This document shows, piece by piece, positions 40,741 to 50,141 of a stretch of 50,141 bases of DNA. Position numbers and translations under genes: made by a program. The notes beneath the pieces are model-generated. The model saw only the letters and a list, made by a program, of their open reading frames with translations, was not told where the DNA came from and did not search any database. The stretch is from Eledone cirrhosa (Eukaryota). Each line of letters opens with the position of its first letter. The stretch's first letter is position 1. The stretch is from positions 1-50,141 of the forward strand of contig CAXHJY010000735.1 in assembly GCA_964016885.1 (NCBI GenBank). The letters are read 5' to 3'.

Positions 40741-41430
40741 ATTTAGTGATGGGGTTACTGGACCCATGTCGTCAATATTGACGGCAATAGGGTTGAAAGT
40801 ACTGGGCTCCAGAATTGATATGACATAAACCAGGATTACCGGATATCTGAACACATATAATGGTTTGAATAGGAGAAACCCTACAGTTTATGTTCATTAC
40901 TGATAGGTGGAAGTGATTGAAGATCAGAAAGATAGTTTTTGGATATAATCATACAAACATTTGGGGGAGTCGGACCGCTAACTGCGAGGTTCCTTTCCTC
41001 ACTGGCGGCTCGCCTAATAGAGGTGACTATCGAATCTGGTGAGGGTGCTTAGCTTCAGCCTCGCCATCACCCGAGGCAACGCTGCGAGTGTGGTGGCTTG
41101 CCTCAAAAATCATTAGAGAGGTTGCCCAATACTCGCGACGTTGCTCTGGTGTTGGCCCCGTTGTTCAACCCTTCCTTTACATTTTCTTTAATATTGTAGC
41201 ATTGAAGGAATATATCTTTCATTGTATCATCCTTTGTAGTGTTACCGAGGCATTTGTAATGTTATTTATGTATATATTTAAAACATATTTGTTATGTTAT
41301 TTATTCTACTGTAAATTTATTTATATGCTCTGTTTATTTTCATTCTGAAGGAATTGCAAACGATTTGTAATGTTGTTTGTGCAACTATGAAGTATATATT
41401 TATGAAATAAAGTATACTAATTTTTTAAAT
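40741..41430 (+). mobile_element. Probable 3' remnant of a Penelope-like element
   Basis: GYLNTYNGLNR resembles the GIY-YIG C-terminal L.T..GLN motif; GC-rich structured UTR; degenerate hammerhead at ~41337-41408 overlapping AATAAA. Confidence 0.4.
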
Positions 41431-41568
41431 CATATAAATCTTCAGCATATATGTGCAAATGACATACAGTATTATATGTATGAGTAATTGAAGAGAAATA
41501 ACTGTTTACGGGGGCAAATGTAAGGACCTTGTGATTGGAAATCGAACTTATTGTTGAAGCAACAAGAT

Positions 41569-41965
<397 letters not shown>

Positions 41966-42686
41966 TATAGCTCTGATTCATCTGAATTATTGAGCCCTCT
42001 GCCGCTCATTTCGAATTTTGTTTATCGTGAACTCGTGCGCCGATTTTTCGATACTCGATCTTTCTAATATTTTTAGCTCTGGACATAGCTATCCACCAGT
42101 TAATTTTACTGCTCAATTTTTGTCGATTTTATTGAGTGATGAATAGCTTTTGTTTTATTTTAACATGTCTATTGAGCACTCTTATTCGATATGTGTATTT
42201 CCACATTCCCTCGAATAGTTTTCGCGGATGTAGAGGTTATCTCCCTTGTCTAATGCCATGTGCGTTTTTCACTGGTTGTTAGCCCCTTATCCGCTAGGAA
42301 AAAAGCTCGTTGAGAAAGTAAACTCCGTTCCTCTTGCTCTAGTAGGCTTTTATATTTATATGTGAGCTGATAGAGTACAGTCTAAGGATTTACAGAAACC
42401 CAAGAAGCTAGATTTAACACCTTTCTAGTGGGTCCGGGTATGATTTTACATTCATTTAAATTATTGATGTATTGTTTTATTGATATTTTTTATCTGTTTG
42501 TCCCGAATCTTCTATTATCGATTTTTTATCGTATGGTTGATTGTAGACTTGTTCTATATGTGACGGTATTTTAACAATAGTTATAGCTCTGATTCATCTG
42601 AATTATTGAGCCCTCTGCCGCTCATTTCGAATTTTGTTTATCGTGAACTCGTGCGCCGATTTTTCGATACTCGATCTTTCTAATAT
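41966..42686. mobile_element. Non-coding element with a 616-bp period and ~105-bp terminal direct repeat, inside (TA)n
   Basis: 41966-42070 is identical to 42582-42686. Confidence 0.8.
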
Positions 42687-44022
<1,336 letters not shown>

Positions 44023-44036
44023 CCCCCCCCCCCCCC

Positions 44037-45603
44037 CTCACCGCTTCCCACCTCATCGTCCGCACCCCCCGCACCCCCACCATCTACTTCCTCCCCAAAC
44101 TCCACAAACCCGACAACCCCGGCCGCCCCATCGTCTCCGCTTGCAACTGCCCCACCGAACTCATCTCCGCCTTTCTCGACCCCCTTGTCACCACCCTCCC
44201 CTCCCACATCTCCGACACCAACCACGCCCTGCGCCTTTTCGACTCCTTCACCTACCTACCCGGCCCACAGCCCTTCCTCTTCACCCTAGACATCAAGTCC
44301 CTCTATACAGTCATCCCCCACGCCGACGGCCTTCGCGCCCTCAAACACTACCTCGACCTTCGCCCCTCCCCCATTCCCTCCACCACCACCCTCCTTCGCC
44401 TCGCCGAGCTGGTCCTCACCCTAAATTGTTTCTCCTTCTCGGGTGAGTTTTACCAACAGGTCACGGGGGTAGCCATGGGCACAAGAATGGGCCCGAACTA
44501 TGCCAACCTTTTTGTTGGCCATGTTGAGGCCCAAATCATTGCCCAGTACACCGGCCCCACGCCCGAACTGTACGGTCGTTACATTGACGACTGTATCGGA
44601 GCCACGACCCTCACCCGAGAACAGCTCGACTCCTTTCTCTCCTTCTTCTGCTCCTTCCACCCCTCCCTCCACTTCACCACCTCTATCTCCACCACCCACG
44701 TCCACTTCTTAGACATCTCCGTCGCCTTCGACCCCTCCCACCACTCCCTCGTCACCTCCGCCTTCTTCAAACCCACCGACTCCCACGCTTACCTCGACTT
44801 CACCTCTTCCCACCCCACCCACACTAAACACTCCATTCCCTACTCCCAACTTCTCAGGATCCGCCGCCTCTGTAGCCGTGATGCTGACTTCGAGTCCCAG
44901 GCCCTTTCCCTACTCAGCCATTTCATCCGCAGAAGTTACCCCCTCTCTCTCGTTTACACCGCTCTCACCCACGCCCGTGCTGTCCCCCGCTCCACCACCG
45001 CACACCCACCCACCATCTCCCCTTCCCCATCACCTACCACCCCTCCACCGCCTCCAGTCCGACCCCTCCACCTCCCACATCTTCCCAACCCCACCACTCC
45101 CCTCCTTCAAAACGCGCATGCAATCTCTGCACCCTCCTCGTCCATAGCTCTCTACCCCCCAACCCACGCTCTGTTCCCCCCCCCCCGGTTCCTTTCCCTG
45201 TCCTAGGCCCCGCTGCAACACCTGTCCCCACATCACCAACACCACCACCTTCCAGGGTCCCAACGGCCACTCTCTTTCGGTCCGGCATGCCTTCCGCTGC
45301 ACCTCCTCCAACCTAGTCTACGGACTTCGCTGCACGGAGTGCATCGCGACTTATGTCGGATAGACGGGACGTCGCCTGGCGGACCGAGTCACGGAGCACC
45401 TCCGGGATATTCGTCTCGGGGGCAGTTCCCCCATCGCCCGCCACTTTGGTGGCCCTGGACACTCCGCACGCCATCTCACAGTCTGTGGCCTACTCCAGTG
45501 CCACGGAACACCCGCCCATCGCCTTACGGTCGAACAACGAACTATCTTCATCTTACAGACCCACACTCCCCCCGGCCTGAACTCCCCACCCTTATTCCTT
45601 TAG
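44037..45603 (+). pseudogene. Penelope-like RT and GIY-YIG endonuclease (disrupted)
   Basis: YFLPKLHKPDNPGRPIVS, LDIKSLYT, GVAMGTRMGPNYANLF, RYIDD, FLDI, KPTDSHAYL, SIPYSQLLRIRRLCS; after a frameshift CPRPRCNTC, NLVYGLRC..C..YVG*TGR (in-frame TAG at 45361), EH, PPGLN; stop at 45601-45603. Confidence 0.93.
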
Positions 45604-46983
45604 CGTTCGACCGCCCCCTCCCCCCACACTTATCCCCCACTAACACCACTAACACACCCCTCCTTTTCACCGCCCACCCCACACTAACAATACTAACACC
45701 TCCACTCCACCCCTCATCTGACCACCCTTCCCCAACTAACATACTAACATCCCTTCCCTCCCCTCTTCTCCCCCTCCTTATCACACGCACACACTTACAC
45801 CACCCACCCCACACGCAACTAACATCACTAACACCCCCAACCCCACGCACACGTACCCACGCACACCAACTCTACACACCCTACCACCACTAACCCCCAC
45901 TCACACCTGCATTCAACCCCTCCCCACCTCCCGTATACTAACACCCATTCACCAAACTACACACACACCAGTACACCACACTCCCTCCATAGAACCACAC
46001 ACACCCTTCTCTCCCCGCTCCACACTCACTCATCCCACTAACACCCCTACTAATACACACACACACACACACACCCTCCTCACTTCAACTTTCACACCTA
46101 CCCATCCTCGCCCCCTTACCATTCCACCGACTGCTGCTATGCCCTTCTGACCACCTCCCAGCACCAACAGACCACAGCACTCCCACTGCTGACCACTTCC
46201 TGTTGCGCGCGCACCCCACATCTCTCCTCTTCCGACCACCGCTTCATGGATTACCCACACGCAGAAATTGACTTATAACCAATCCTCCAAACATCCTTGG
46301 AACTTACCAACTTTTCAACCATCCTCTTACGTCATCACCTATATAACTCACCCACACACACACACACACCAAAAAAATTGACCAACAACCAATCCACTAA
46401 ACATCTTCGGAATTTACCAACTTTTCAACCATCCTCTTACGTAATCACCTATATAACTCACCCACACACACACCCCAAAAAAATTTTTTTTCTCCACACG
46501 CCACCCACACCACGCTTAAACCCCACACACACGTGCTTCCCACCACATATTTACACCCTCAGCCTCCTGATTCTTCTCCCCCCCACCCCCTATCCACACA
46601 CGCACAGACACTCCGACCTACAAAAACACCCCCCACACACACCTCTTCCTGAACATGCAACCCCGTTCTTCCCCCAACCCTTACTTTCACATACACACAC
46701 ACACGCACACACCACCTTCAGCCCTCCCCGCTCGGACACCCCCGTCTCCCTCTCCCCACTCCACCCGCCACCACCCCTACTCACCGCACACCCTTCCACC
46801 ACCTGTTTACCCCCCTTTTAATTTCAGTTTATTTTGATCATGCCTTTATTTTTAAATTTTCTCATTCCTTGTATTTTGATCATGCTTTATTTTTATTTTT
46901 TAACTTTATTTATTAATTTTTCATTCGCACCGTTTCCTTTCACTATATGTCTCTCCACCACTCCCCTACACACCTTTTGAACT

Positions 46984-47011
46984 CTGAGGAAGGGCTTATG
47001 CCCGAAACGTC
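46984..47011 (+). ncRNA. Minimal Penelope-type hammerhead motif
   Basis: CTGAGGA-A-GGGC-TTAT-GCCC-GAAA-CG-TC; stem I pairing is poor in this copy. Confidence 0.75.
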
Positions 47012-47100
47012 GTCCCCCACCTACCCCCACTCTCCTGAGCGTGAAATTAATAAACATTTATTGTACTGCCCCTGTTTTGTCCCTGTTCAAATTTTTCCAT

Positions 47101-49134
<2,034 letters not shown>

Positions 49135-50141
49135 TCTATATATATAAAACTGTGGTTGTCTGTCTGTCTATCGATTTTTGGCACACATCTCCTCTTAGAA
49201 TCTCTCACGGAATTGCACCGAAATTGCTATACTTGTACATTGAGCCCTAGCGAAGACATCGGAAAAAAAATATTTCAAATTGACCCGCCCTATCTGACGA
49301 AATCGAATATAATGTATCGATTTTTGAGCGTAAGTGATCAGTTATTTCCCATTGTTCTGTTTACATTGAGCGTCTGCGTGCAAAAATTAAAAAAAATTAC
49401 GCTGGCTTTCTCAGCGTTTAAAATGACATTAACACACTGCAAAATTCATCAGTTCGAACACTAAGCTTCCGTTTTGCTTCATTTCCATTTAAAAGCCTTT
49501 TAAAACAATATTTTTACTTGAAAACAAGTCTATTTAAAGACTACGTAAAACAAGCAAATATTTCGTAAAAAAAAGCAAAAATTATATAAGTTTATTTAAA
49601 ATATATGTATCTGTAAATTTCGTTAGGCGTGCAGACAGACTTTAAGCCAAAAAAGAAACTTAACATTGTAACTTTAACACAGCTACTGAGCGACCCCGAG
49701 CAACGCCGGGCTGTATCTGTAAATTTCGTTAGGCGTGCAGACAGACAGTCGTGCAGACAGATAGTCGTGCAGAGAGGTGATATACCATATGCAAGTCTGC
49801 ACAGTAGACACTACAGTTTTTAAGCCAAAAAAGAAACTTAACATTGTAACTTTAACACAGCTACTGAGCGACCCCGAGCTTTACTGCTAGTATATATATA
49901 TAAAACTGTGGTTGTCTGTCTGTCTATCGATTTTTGGCACACATCTCCTCTTAGAATCTCTCACGGAATTGCACCGAAATTGCTATACTTGTACATTGAG
50001 CCCTAGCGAAGACATCGGAAAAAAAATATTTCAAATTGACCCACCCTATGTGACGAAATCGAATATAATGTATCGATTTTTGAGCGTAAGTTATCAGTTA
50101 TTTCCCTTTGTTCTGTTTACATTGAGCGTCTTACGTAAAAA
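49135..50141 (+). mobile_element. Non-autonomous Helitron, head-to-tail tandem (copy 1 49135-49890; copy 2 from 49891, cut by the window end)
   Basis: 5' TC-tatatatataaaac...gtctgtctgtc; subterminal GC hairpin cccgagcaacgccggg 49695-49710; 3' CTAG 49887-49890; 49141-~49380 is repeated from ~49896. Confidence 0.8.

Larger units (their letters stand above)
44023..47100 (+). mobile_element. 5'-truncated Penelope-like element (Neptune-type: RT, Cys-rich linker, GIY-YIG), with long 3' region and hammerhead
   Basis: Flanked by (TA)n on both sides; hammerhead at 46984-47011; AATAAA at ~47049. Confidence 0.93.

Noticed and set aside
40966-41020. Twister-like start ccgctaac...ggcgg
   Set aside because: Only a simple hairpin is present; the pseudoknot and conserved loop residues were not found.
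42134-42181. SECIS-like hairpin (ATGA...TGAG closed by gagtg/cactc)
   Set aside because: The register does not give the tandem G-A quartet, there is no apical AA motif, and no associated ORF exists.
45339-46837. Pro/His/Thr-rich ORFs and their Gly/Val-rich antisense ORFs
   Set aside because: They are by-products of the C-rich Penelope strand; the real frame is the GIY-YIG frame ending at 45603.

Overview
This is repeat-saturated animal DNA. The SINE, RTE and (TA)n landscape suggests an octopus or another coleoid cephalopod (inference). No intact host gene is visible, and the long I/Y/M/C ORFs are translation artefacts of about 11 kb of (TA)n microsatellite. The window holds 5'-truncated RTE LINEs with a PHD-type zinc finger inserted in the RT, a Tx1/L1 LINE, Penelope-like elements (RT + GIY-YIG), Tc1/mariner, hAT and CRE-like relics, MITEs, tRNA-derived SINEs and a tandem non-autonomous Helitron. 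The most notable signal is a family of non-coding, highly structured repeats, each carrying a type I hammerhead ribozyme: 11526-12053 (420-bp unit), 37293-37775 (with a 17-bp TSD) and 38915-40184 (467-bp unit, three hammerheads). Their partial-tandem and 5'-inverted layouts fit retrozymes, i.e. circular-RNA-forming non-autonomous retroelements probably mobilised by Penelope-like RT. Further intact or degenerate hammerheads lie at 103-173, ~6.9 kb, ~34.7 kb, ~41.3 kb and ~47.0 kb, and a possible HDV-like ribozyme relic lies at 29.36 kb. All structures were read by eye, with no alignment or folding computation.
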